Positions 57,324 to 64,000 of a DNA stretch of 64,000 bases are shown here, one piece after another (the first letter of the stretch is position 1; each line of letters starts with the position of its first letter). The stretch is from an uncultured Candidatus Poseidoniales archaeon (GTDB lineage Archaea; Thermoplasmatota; Poseidoniia; Poseidoniales; Poseidoniaceae), in assembly GCA_905182715.1 (NCBI GenBank), contig CAJJCP010000028.1, positions 12,592 to 76,591 of the forward strand. Direction: 5' to 3'. Made by a program: the position numbers and the translations under genes. The notes beneath the pieces were generated by a model that searched no databases, was not told where the DNA came from, and saw nothing but the letters and a program-made list of their open reading frames with translations.

Positions 57324-57725
57324 TCATTCAGCTTCTGGAATCGGCTCAATAACGACCAATGGAATATTCGCTTCAATTGCTTGACCTTCTTCACAAGTCA
57401 CAGAGATGACGGTTCCGGAGACAGGTGCTTGAATTTCATTTTGCATTTTCATGGCTTCCAGAATGAGAATCACTTGTCCTTCAACAACTTCGTCACCAAC
57501 ATTGACTTCGACAGTAACGACTTTCCCAGGGATATTGGCTGAAACTGTGCCCGACTTTTTCTTTTTCCCACTGGCGTTTCTTTTCTTTTTCGCCACAGGT
57601 GCTGCATCAGGTATTTCGATCTGAAATGTTTTTCCTTCCACAGTCGCAGACCAAGAAGTACCTTCGCCTTCAATGACGACTTCAAATTCGGTTCCATCAA
57701 CAATCACTTTTCTTGTTTCAGTCAT
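57324..57725 (-). CDS. Biotin carboxyl carrier protein / biotinyl-domain subunit of the acyl-CoA carboxylase (carboxyltransferase) complex
   Basis: C-terminal biotinyl domain with EAMKM (biotin-Lys motif) and flanking VEGQVILILEAMKMQNEIQAPVSG. An Ala/Pro/Lys-rich linker (PVAKKKRNASGKKKKSG) precedes it. Confidence 0.8.
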   Translation of the reverse strand: MTETRKVIVDGTEFEVVIEGEGTSWSATVEGKTFQIEIPDAAPVAKKKRNASGKKKKSGTVSANIPGKVVTVEVNVGDEVVEGQVILILEAMKMQNEIQAPVSGTVISVTCEEGQAIEANIPLVVIEPIPEAE

Positions 57726-57729
57726 ACTT

Positions 57730-57924
57730 TCACTTCCAAGGTGAGCGACTTGCTCGTTTCTGCATTAATGAGGAAAGACCCATGTTCATTCTTCGATGAT
57801 CTTGGGACCATGCAAGGCCAGGTTTACGGGCAACTTGACCAGGGTCGTCTCCACTTTGTGAGAGTAGGGAATAGACTGCAGCAATCGCTGCCATTCGCAA
57901 GGTCTCTTCATCGTGGCTTGACAT
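57730..57924 (-). CDS. Small putative accessory subunit of the carboxylase/decarboxylase complex (weak call)
   Basis: 64-aa ORF between pccB and the biotin carrier, with a partly hydrophobic segment LRMAAIAAVYSLL. Position is analogous to small delta/epsilon subunits in mmd/pcc clusters. Confidence 0.25.
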   Translation of the reverse strand: MSSHDEETLRMAAIAAVYSLLSQSGDDPGQVARKPGLAWSQDHRRMNMGLSSLMQKRASRSPWK

Positions 57925-57933
57925 ATGAACGCC

Positions 57934-59487
57934 TCAAAGGGGTATATTTCCATGCTTTCGAGCAGGGCGTAATTCTTCTTTATCCAATAACATCTCGAGC
58001 GCACGACAGAGTTTACTTCGAGTTTGGTTTGGTTCGATGACATCGTCCAAATATCCGAGTGCTGCTGCAGTGTACGGATTTGCAAACTTCTCATTAAAAT
58101 CTTCAGTCAGTCTTTGGCGTTCTTGTTCAGCGTTTCGTGAGTTTGCAATTCGCTTTCGATGAATGATTTCGACTGCACCATCTGCACCCATTACTGCAAT
58201 TTCACCGGTTGGCCATGCGACATTGTAGTCTCCACGGATGTGCTTCGATGACATGACATCATATGCGCCACCGTAGGCTTTGCGAAGAATGACTGTGAGT
58301 TTCGGAACAGTTGCTTCTGCATATGCATAGAGGAGTTTAGCACCGTGTCGAATAATTCCTCCCCATTCTTGACTTGTACCCGGTAAGAAACCTGGAACAT
58401 CTTCAAGGGTAATGATTGGAATGTTGAATGCATCACAGAAACGGACGAAACGTGCTGCCTTGTCGCTTGCATCAATGTCCAAACATCCTGCTAACACCTT
58501 TGGCTGATTGGCAACGACGCCAACAGTATGGCTACCAAGGTGACCAAACCCTACAACGATGTTTTGTGCCCAATCCGCTTGGACTTCAAGGAAAGCACCA
58601 TCATCGAGAACTTCTGAAATAACATCAAGGACATCGTATGCTTTTGTCGCTTGGTCTGGCATGATGGTGTCAAGTGCCTCGCAAGAACGGTCGATTGGGT
58701 CACTGGTTTTCTTATCCGGTGGTCGCTCGAGATTATTTTGTGGAAGTAAGTCACACAAATCGCGTGCCAACTGAATTGCTGCTTCGTCATCTGCTGCTGA
58801 AAAGTGAGATACTCCTGACTTGGTGCCATGCGTTGATGCACCGCCTAAGTCTTCAAAGTTCACTTCTTCATTGGTTACTGTTTTGATGACTTCAGGACCT
58901 GTGATGAACATGTATGAGGATTCCTCTACCATGATGACAAAATCCGTAATTGCTGGAGAATAGACTGCTCCACCTGCACACGGGCCCATAATGACAGATA
59001 TTTGGGGTACTACACCAGAGGCGCGAACGTTTCGGAAAAAGATTTCAGCATAACTGCCGAGAGATGCCACGCCTTCCTGAATACGTGCGCCACCAGAATC
59101 GTTCAAACCGATGACTGGGCGCCCTGTTTTGAGTGCCATGTCGAGAACCTTACAGATTTTGAGCCCGTGCATTTCACCCAGTGAGCCACCGTAGGCGGTG
59201 AAGTCTTGAGCAAAAGTAAACACTTGCCTGCCGTTGATAGAGCCATGACCAGTGACGACACCGTCGCCTGGGATGATGTCCTTGTCCATGCCGAAATCTC
59301 TGCATCGATGCTCAACCAACGCATCAAGCTCTTGGAATGTCCCCTCGTCGAGGAGGACATCTATGCGTTCACGGGCCGTCATTTTGCCCTTGCCGTGTTG
59401 GCGGTCGATTCGGTCTTGGCCTCCGCCCATTTCGCTGCGAGATTTACGATTTCGCAAATCTTGGAGTCGTTCCTCTGATGATGTCAT
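57934..59487 (-). CDS. pccB: Propionyl-CoA / methylmalonyl-CoA carboxyltransferase (PccB/MmdA family)
   Basis: [18 protein letters not shown]...[27 protein letters not shown]...[19 protein letters not shown], an acyl-CoA carboxylase beta (crotonase-fold) protein of 517 aa. Confidence 0.9.
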   Translation of the reverse strand: MTSSEERLQDLRNRKSRSEMGGGQDRIDRQHGKGKMTARERIDVLLDEGTFQELDALVEHRCRDFGMDKDIIPGDGVVTGHGSINGRQVFTFAQDFTAYGGSLGEMHGLKICKVLDMALKTGRPVIGLNDSGGARIQEGVASLGSYAEIFFRNVRASGVVPQISVIMGPCAGGAVYSPAITDFVIMVEESSYMFITGPEVIKTVTNEEVNFEDLGGASTHGTKSGVSHFSAADDEAAIQLARDLCDLLPQNNLERPPDKKTSDPIDRSCEALDTIMPDQATKAYDVLDVISEVLDDGAFLEVQADWAQNIVVGFGHLGSHTVGVVANQPKVLAGCLDIDASDKAARFVRFCDAFNIPIITLEDVPGFLPGTSQEWGGIIRHGAKLLYAYAEATVPKLTVILRKAYGGAYDVMSSKHIRGDYNVAWPTGEIAVMGADGAVEIIHRKRIANSRNAEQERQRLTEDFNEKFANPYTAAALGYLDDVIEPNQTRSKLCRALEMLLDKEELRPARKHGNIPL

Positions 59488-59839
59488 AGGCTTCCCAAAG
59501 GGGTCTACGGAAAACCCGCCCTTATGCGTTGCCTTTGTTTGAGGTCGTATGGAGCGTTCTACAGATACTTCCTGAAAAGCGCTTTTTTGAGTATGAATAT
59601 ACTTCCCATTTCATCAATCCACCAAGCACCTCGACTTGAACGCCATCGAACTGATGTCGAACGTCTGAAGTTTAGGGATGATGATGGTGCCCAATACATG
59701 TTCCAACGGTTCAAGGGATTCCTGGGCTTAACAATTTGATTAGGACCAAGCAAATTGATTCCTCTCCAGAAAACGGTGAAGAGTAAATACTCCGTTCATG
59801 CCTCTTGATGAAGCATAGGAAGAGTGAAACAACACGGTC

Positions 59840-60193
59840 ATGAATGCGTCTAAGGGGTGTGTTGATAGGGAGGAGATGCCTCCAACAACCATGAGCGAAC
59901 CGTGGAGAATCGTGGTTGCAAAGCCCGGCTTAGATGGGCATGACCGAGGTGCCAAAGTCGTTGCACGAGCATTACGTGATGCAGGCAACGAAGTCATCTA
60001 CACAGGTTTGCGACGTAGTGCCCAACAAATTGTCGATACTGTTCGTGATGAGGATGCACGTTTCCTCGGGCTTTCTTCTCTTTCTGGTGCTCATGAGCAT
60101 CTTTTCCCAAAGGTTTGTGAACTCTTGAAACAACAAGGTCTCAACGATGTGATTGTTTTTGGTGGAGGAATCATTCCTACTTGGCGATCGTGA
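59840..60193 (+). CDS. Methylmalonyl-CoA mutase small subunit (B12-binding domain), N-terminal fragment. A 1-nt frameshift near 60180-60195 interrupts it.
   Basis: [35 protein letters not shown]...[17 protein letters not shown]...[10 protein letters not shown] is the classic B12-binding (DxHxxG) domain. The start is probably MSEPWRIV at 59891. Confidence 0.8.
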   Translation: MNASKGCVDREEMPPTTMSEPWRIVVAKPGLDGHDRGAKVVARALRDAGNEVIYTGLRRSAQQIVDTVRDEDARFLGLSSLSGAHEHLFPKVCELLKQQGLNDVIVFGGGIIPTWRS

Positions 60194-60338
60194 ACCACTG
60201 TATGCTTGTGGTATACGTGCTATTTTCGGCCCAGGTACACCTACTTCTGAGATTTTAGAATTTATAGAACAAGCAACACAGTTGGAAAATACTGGCGTTG
60301 GCCAAGACAGCGATTGGTATTGGACCTCATCGGCATGA
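60153..60338 (+). CDS. Methylmalonyl-CoA mutase B12-binding subunit, C-terminal fragment in the +1 frame
   Basis: [24 protein letters not shown] matches the conserved C-terminus (..D...L...GV..IFGPGT..) of the B12-binding domain, continuing from GGGIIP. Confidence 0.75.
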   Translation: MFLVEESFLLGDREPLYACGIRAIFGPGTPTSEILEFIEQATQLENTGVGQDSDWYWTSSA

Positions 60339-60347
60339 GGTGATGGT

Positions 60348-61257
60348 ATGACGTTCGAGTTCCTTGAGCAAGCCAAATCTGGTGACCGCCGTTCACTTGC
60401 GCGAACATTAAGCAGTCTTGAAAACGGTTTAGTCAAGATTGAAGAAGTACTCGATGTAGATTGGTTCAGTCCCTGCTTCCTACGATGGTGATTGGCAAAC
60501 TTTAGCGATTACCGGAGCACCAGGTGTTGGTAAATCATGCCTTCTTGATGGGTTACTTCGCTCGTGGGCCGAAAAAGGACTCCGGGTTGCAGTCTTGGCC
60601 GTTGACCCTTCATCTCCACGAACGGGTGGCGCTTTACTCGGTGACCGAGTACGGATGACTGTCGTCGATGATAAGGAATTAAATGAATTAATTTATTTGC
60701 GTTCAGTTGCCACTCGTAAAGCATCTGGGAGTGTCCCAGTCATCGTAGAAGACATGACCAAAGTTCTCCTCGCTTTAGGCTGGCAGACGTGTGATTATCG
60801 AGACGGTTGGAGCAGGACAGTCCGAAGTGAGATGTGCAGCATTGGCTGATCGAATTGTGGTTGTTGAAGGGCCGGCACGAGGCGATGGAATTCAAGCTGA
60901 AAAAGCAGGCTTACTCGAATTAGCAGATGCAGTTTTAGTGAACAAATCTGATTTGCCTGGAGCAGAACTTCACGCTGATGAAATACGAGAGTCGTTTGAA
61001 TTGGGTGCAGGAAGTACCCCGCCGTTCTCTTGACTTCAGCCATACAAGGTACTGGTATTTCTGAGGCTGCTGAAATGCTTCTCATGCTTTCATCTTCTGG
61101 TCGCTCAACACGTGCACGATGGCGAGAACGCCTTTTGGCATACCATGAACGAAAAATCCTCGAATCTCCTCAACTCGATGAATTACTCGAAAAACTGGCG
61201 AAGGGTTCAATTCTGTTAGATGAAGCGTTACATATTATTGGTGGTGAACAGCAATGA
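60348..61257 (+). pseudogene. meaB: MeaB/ArgK-family methylmalonyl-CoA-mutase-associated GTPase, disrupted by at least three frameshifts (four frame segments)
   Basis: Frame segments: MTFEFLEQAKSGDRRSLARTLSSLENG; then +1 to ...LAITGAPGVGKSCLLDGLLRSWAEKGLRVAVLAVDPSSPRTGGALLGDRVRM; then +1 to IIETVGAGQSEV...ADAVLVNKSDL; then -1 to ...AIQGTGISEAAEMLL...RARWRERL. All are colinear with MeaB P-loop, switch and NKxD motifs. An SD-like GGTGATGG precedes the ATG. Confidence 0.75.
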
Positions 61258-61878
61258 GTGAACATGTTGAATTAACAAACCCCGTTGAATTATCAGTTGG
61301 TGGAATGGGCGGGCATTTATTTCGTCGTTCAATCCATCTTGGTATGTCCCTTCTGCCTTTGGTCTTCTTTGAATATGGTGAATCACTTGCCGACCTCGTT
61401 GGATTAACAGTCCCTCAATTATTATCATCAATGGTTTTTTTATTGTTTCTTTTAGAAGGCCTTCGTCTTGGTTTTGGGATCACAATCTATGGGCAAAGAG
61501 AGTATGAAGCCCGACAAGTTTCCGCTTTGGGTTGGGGCGCATTTGGTATTGGTCTGGTCTTTTTGTTGGCGCCCGTCGAAGCATACGCATGGCCAATTAT
61601 TCTTTCTTTATCCTTAGGTGACCCCTTTCTTGGTGAAATGAGACGCCGAGGTATTGGAACCCGTAATGTTATTCTTTCATCCGTTGCCTTCTTGTTCCTT
61701 GTTTGGGTTGCATGCTGGCACTTCTTTTGCTACACCATTATGGCTGGCCTTTTTGTTTGCGCCTTTGTGCGTAGCCTCTGAATGGCCTCGTCTGCGGTAC
61801 ATCGATGACAACGCAACCATGGTCCTCATTCCACTTGGAATGATTTTACTGTTCGAGCCCTTTCTCCAACTGATGTAA
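61254..61878 (+). CDS. Hypothetical polytopic membrane protein (possibly dolichol/polyprenol kinase-like), possibly frameshifted near 61650-61780
   Basis: Several TM helices and an LSLGDPFLGEMRRRGIG motif reminiscent of the GD..A..VG...G box of CTP-dependent polyprenol kinases. Two overlapping ORFs (61254..61781 frame 0, 61654..61878 frame +1) are both hydrophobic. Confidence 0.35.
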
Positions 61879-62109
61879 TCAAATTATGTGTAGAAGTTGA
61901 CTCAATATATTCAAATGATGGTTAGCATTGGCAAGGTTGAGGGATACAGATGAGCGAAGAGACCAAGGATTCAGCACCACCACAAATCGCCTACTTTGTT
62001 GTGTTTTCTCTCGGTGTCATTTTCCTCGCAATCTCCATGGTGAGATATCCTCTTTGGGGCCTTTGATTTCTAAGGGATGCTTGAAGAAGGTCACCGTTTT
62101 GGTCACCTT

Positions 62110-63594
62110 ATGTGTGGCATAGGTGGGATGTTCGGTGAGCCGGACCCTGCTGTTGTTCAAAGAATGAATACACTCCTTCACCATCGTGGACCAAATGGCA
62201 ATAATGTCTGGTCTGATGACCATATATCTCTTGGACATACTCGTTTAGCCATCGTTGACTTAGGCGGAAGTGACCAACCTTTGTTTGGCTCAGCACGTGA
62301 AGTCCTTGTAGCGAATGGAGAAATCTATAACTATCGAGAAATCCGGTCTCAGCATCCCTCTTTTTCTTGGAAAACGCAGGGTGACTCTGAGTCGATATTG
62401 GCACTTCTTGATGCCTCGAAATCGAAGCATTCCGGCGTGTTAACTGCTCGACAACACGCACAATGGATCTCACAATTGAATGGAATGTATGCATTTGCTC
62501 TTTGGGATTCTGAGACTCGTCATTTACTTTTAGCGCGTGACCCACTTGGAATTAAGCCACTTGTTCGGACATCAGTTGACGGTTCACTTCTTTTTGCCAG
62601 TGAAAGTAAAGCATTGCGGGCACATGAAGGCCATGTACCTGCACTGGATGAGGAAGCACTTGTTGCTCGTCTTGCATGGGAATACCCGCTTGATGGTACG
62701 ACGTTACTGAAAGATGTCACTCAGATTCGACCAGGTACTGTTGAAGTTTGGGCATTGGACCTTGAAGGTAAAGCCAAACTGTTTGACCGTGCTACCATCG
62801 AACAACAAAAAGTCAATCCTTTGAATACATGGGGTCCTGAAACCGATGCAGAATCCCTGCTGGAAACTTTCGTCGAAGGTGTTTCAGAACGCCTCATGTC
62901 GGATGTACCAGTTGGAATTGTTCTTTCTGGTGGACTTGATTCTTCATTGGTAGCAGCAGTTGCCCATGAGGCTGCAGAACGTGCCCATCAGCCGGTTCCG
63001 GCCTGTTGGACGGTCGCAGAAAGTGAAGAGAACCCTGATTGGATTGCTGCTGAAGAAGTTGCTTCCTCGTTTGATTTGGTCCACCATCAACATATTCTCG
63101 AACCAGATTCATTTGACACGCTCCTTCCAGATTTGTCATGGCATGGTGAAGACCTTGACGTCACCGTACTCTTTTTCCAGCCACTCTTCCAAAAGATGTC
63201 ACAACATGTGACGGTTGGATTGTGTGGACAAGGGGCAGATGAGTTGCATGCAGGTTATCCCCGCTACCGAGATCTCAAGGCACATGGCGAGGTTATTGAT
63301 GCTCGTTTGGCATCGATGGAACATCCTTTTGCACGTCAAATGGAGAATGAAGCATTGCCTGTTGGTGAGCACTGGTATGCGAAGGGTCATGCAGGCGGTA
63401 GCCATACGGGTTCACTGGAAGAGTTCCTTCAATTCGAGCTCGACCACGGGCAACTTTCAAATTTCCAATTACGATTGGTTGACCGCCATTCAATGGCTCA
63501 TTCATTAGAAGTTCGAGTTCCATTCCTTTCTAAGTCTCATCGACAAGCCAGTCATCAATTGCCGATGGAATGGCGACTTCCTGCCGAACGGTGA
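62110..63594 (+). CDS. asnB: Asparagine synthetase (glutamine-hydrolysing), N-terminal and central part. A +1 frameshift near 63580-63590 interrupts it.
   Basis: MCGIGGMFG (Ntn Cys2), ...LAIVDL..GSDQPLF..., and the SGGLDSS PP-loop. After VRVPFL the conserved AsnB sequence continues in the +1 frame. Confidence 0.85.
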   Translation: MCGIGGMFGEPDPAVVQRMNTLLHHRGPNGNNVWSDDHISLGHTRLAIVDLGGSDQPLFGSAREVLVANGEIYNYREIRSQHPSFSWKTQGDSESILALLDASKSKHSGVLTARQHAQWISQLNGMYAFALWDSETRHLLLARDPLGIKPLVRTSVDGSLLFASESKALRAHEGHVPALDEEALVARLAWEYPLDGTTLLKDVTQIRPGTVEVWALDLEGKAKLFDRATIEQQKVNPLNTWGPETDAESLLETFVEGVSERLMSDVPVGIVLSGGLDSSLVAAVAHEAAERAHQPVPACWTVAESEENPDWIAAEEVASSFDLVHHQHILEPDSFDTLLPDLSWHGEDLDVTVLFFQPLFQKMSQHVTVGLCGQGADELHAGYPRYRDLKAHGEVIDARLASMEHPFARQMENEALPVGEHWYAKGHAGGSHTGSLEEFLQFELDHGQLSNFQLRLVDRHSMAHSLEVRVPFLSKSHRQASHQLPMEWRLPAER

Positions 63595-63895
63595 TGAAAA
63601 GCTGGCCTTACGGGCCGCAGCATCGCTCACCTCGTTGCCAAAGCATATTGTTCGCCGCCCTAAACTACCTGCTGGTCGGGCGACATCCCCCACTTTAATC
63701 GATAACCTCCTTGCAGAATACAAGCCCCAAACCGATGCTCTTCTTCGGCGTTACCCCTCATTTTCTGGGGCTTTAAAGACACAGCATGATATAGCCCTGG
63801 GTTTAGGATTGTTTGAGGCAGTTCACATTTTGGATAGAGGGACGAAGAAACCTACGGGTTCGACGATGGATTTACTCAACGAGGTGATTGGTTGA
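63581..63895 (+). CDS. asnB: Asparagine synthetase C-terminal fragment in the +1 frame
   Basis: NGDEKLALRAAASLTSLPKHIVRRPKLPAGRA parallels the AsnB C-terminal region (...K..LR.A....LP..I..R.K..F..P...). Confidence 0.7.
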   Translation: MPNGDEKLALRAAASLTSLPKHIVRRPKLPAGRATSPTLIDNLLAEYKPQTDALLRRYPSFSGALKTQHDIALGLGLFEAVHILDRGTKKPTGSTMDLLNEVIG

Positions 63896-64000
63896 CATTT
63901 GTTCATAATTTAGCACCTGTGCTTGAAAGCAAACGTGAAGAACTCACTGCATGGATGTCCCAAAAAAGAACCGAAGTGCCTATTCCGATCTATGGTAGTG
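63896..64000 (+). CDS. Start of an unidentified ORF running off the window
   Basis: An open frame (LTFVHNLAPVLESKREELTAWMSQKRTEVPIPIYGS) begins at a TTG directly after the asnB stop and reaches the window edge. Identity unknown. Confidence 0.2.

Noticed and set aside
59524-59997. Small ORFs between pccB and the mutase gene
   Set aside because: They lie in the divergent promoter region or antisense to the mutase B12-subunit N-terminus; no motifs.
1-64000. Mobile elements or prophage
   Set aside because: No transposase, integrase, IS inverted repeats or phage structural genes were recognised. The surface-protein islands look like chromosomal accessory regions and not mobile elements.

Overview
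The window reads as a gene-dense archaeal chromosome segment, probably from an uncultured marine euryarchaeon (Thermoplasmatota / Marine Group II-like). The archaeal assignment rests on aRF1 with NIKS and GGQ motifs, aIF2-beta, aTrm56, class I LysRS, a NOG1 GTPase and a GfcR-like regulator, together with short intergenic spacers and overlapping stop/start codons. Core translation and nucleotide genes are interspersed with bacterial-type metabolism. These include carAB, an eukaryote-like class Ia RNR operon (nrdB-nrdA), a lipA plus branched-chain 2-oxoacid dehydrogenase operon (E1alpha/E1beta/E2/E3), and lipB, ubiX, dut, gdhA and asnB. There are also dispersed folate/pterin genes (folP, PCD, folB, folM-like SDR) and a propionyl-CoA carboxylase / methylmalonyl-CoA mutase / MeaB cluster. 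Two accessory islands encode giant cell-surface proteins. On the plus strand a 984-aa anchored protein is followed by a roughly 3000-aa protein that combines TSP3-like Ca-binding repeats, a transglutaminase-like core, many Ig-like repeats, a TM helix and a DUF4129-like tail. On the minus strand a 1398-aa protein carries about ten tandem 33-aa TSP3 repeats. One tRNA-Leu(UAA) with an encoded CCA lies just before the plus-strand island. No rRNA, CRISPR array or transposase was found. The most striking sequence-level feature is roughly ten single-nucleotide frameshifts that split otherwise well-conserved genes: nrdA, lpdA, the giant transglutaminase-like gene (twice), the mutase B12 subunit, meaB (three times), asnB, and possibly a DolK-like membrane protein. 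Six of them fall in the last 4 kb. They may be sequencing artefacts or real gene decay, especially in the mutase/MeaB pair.
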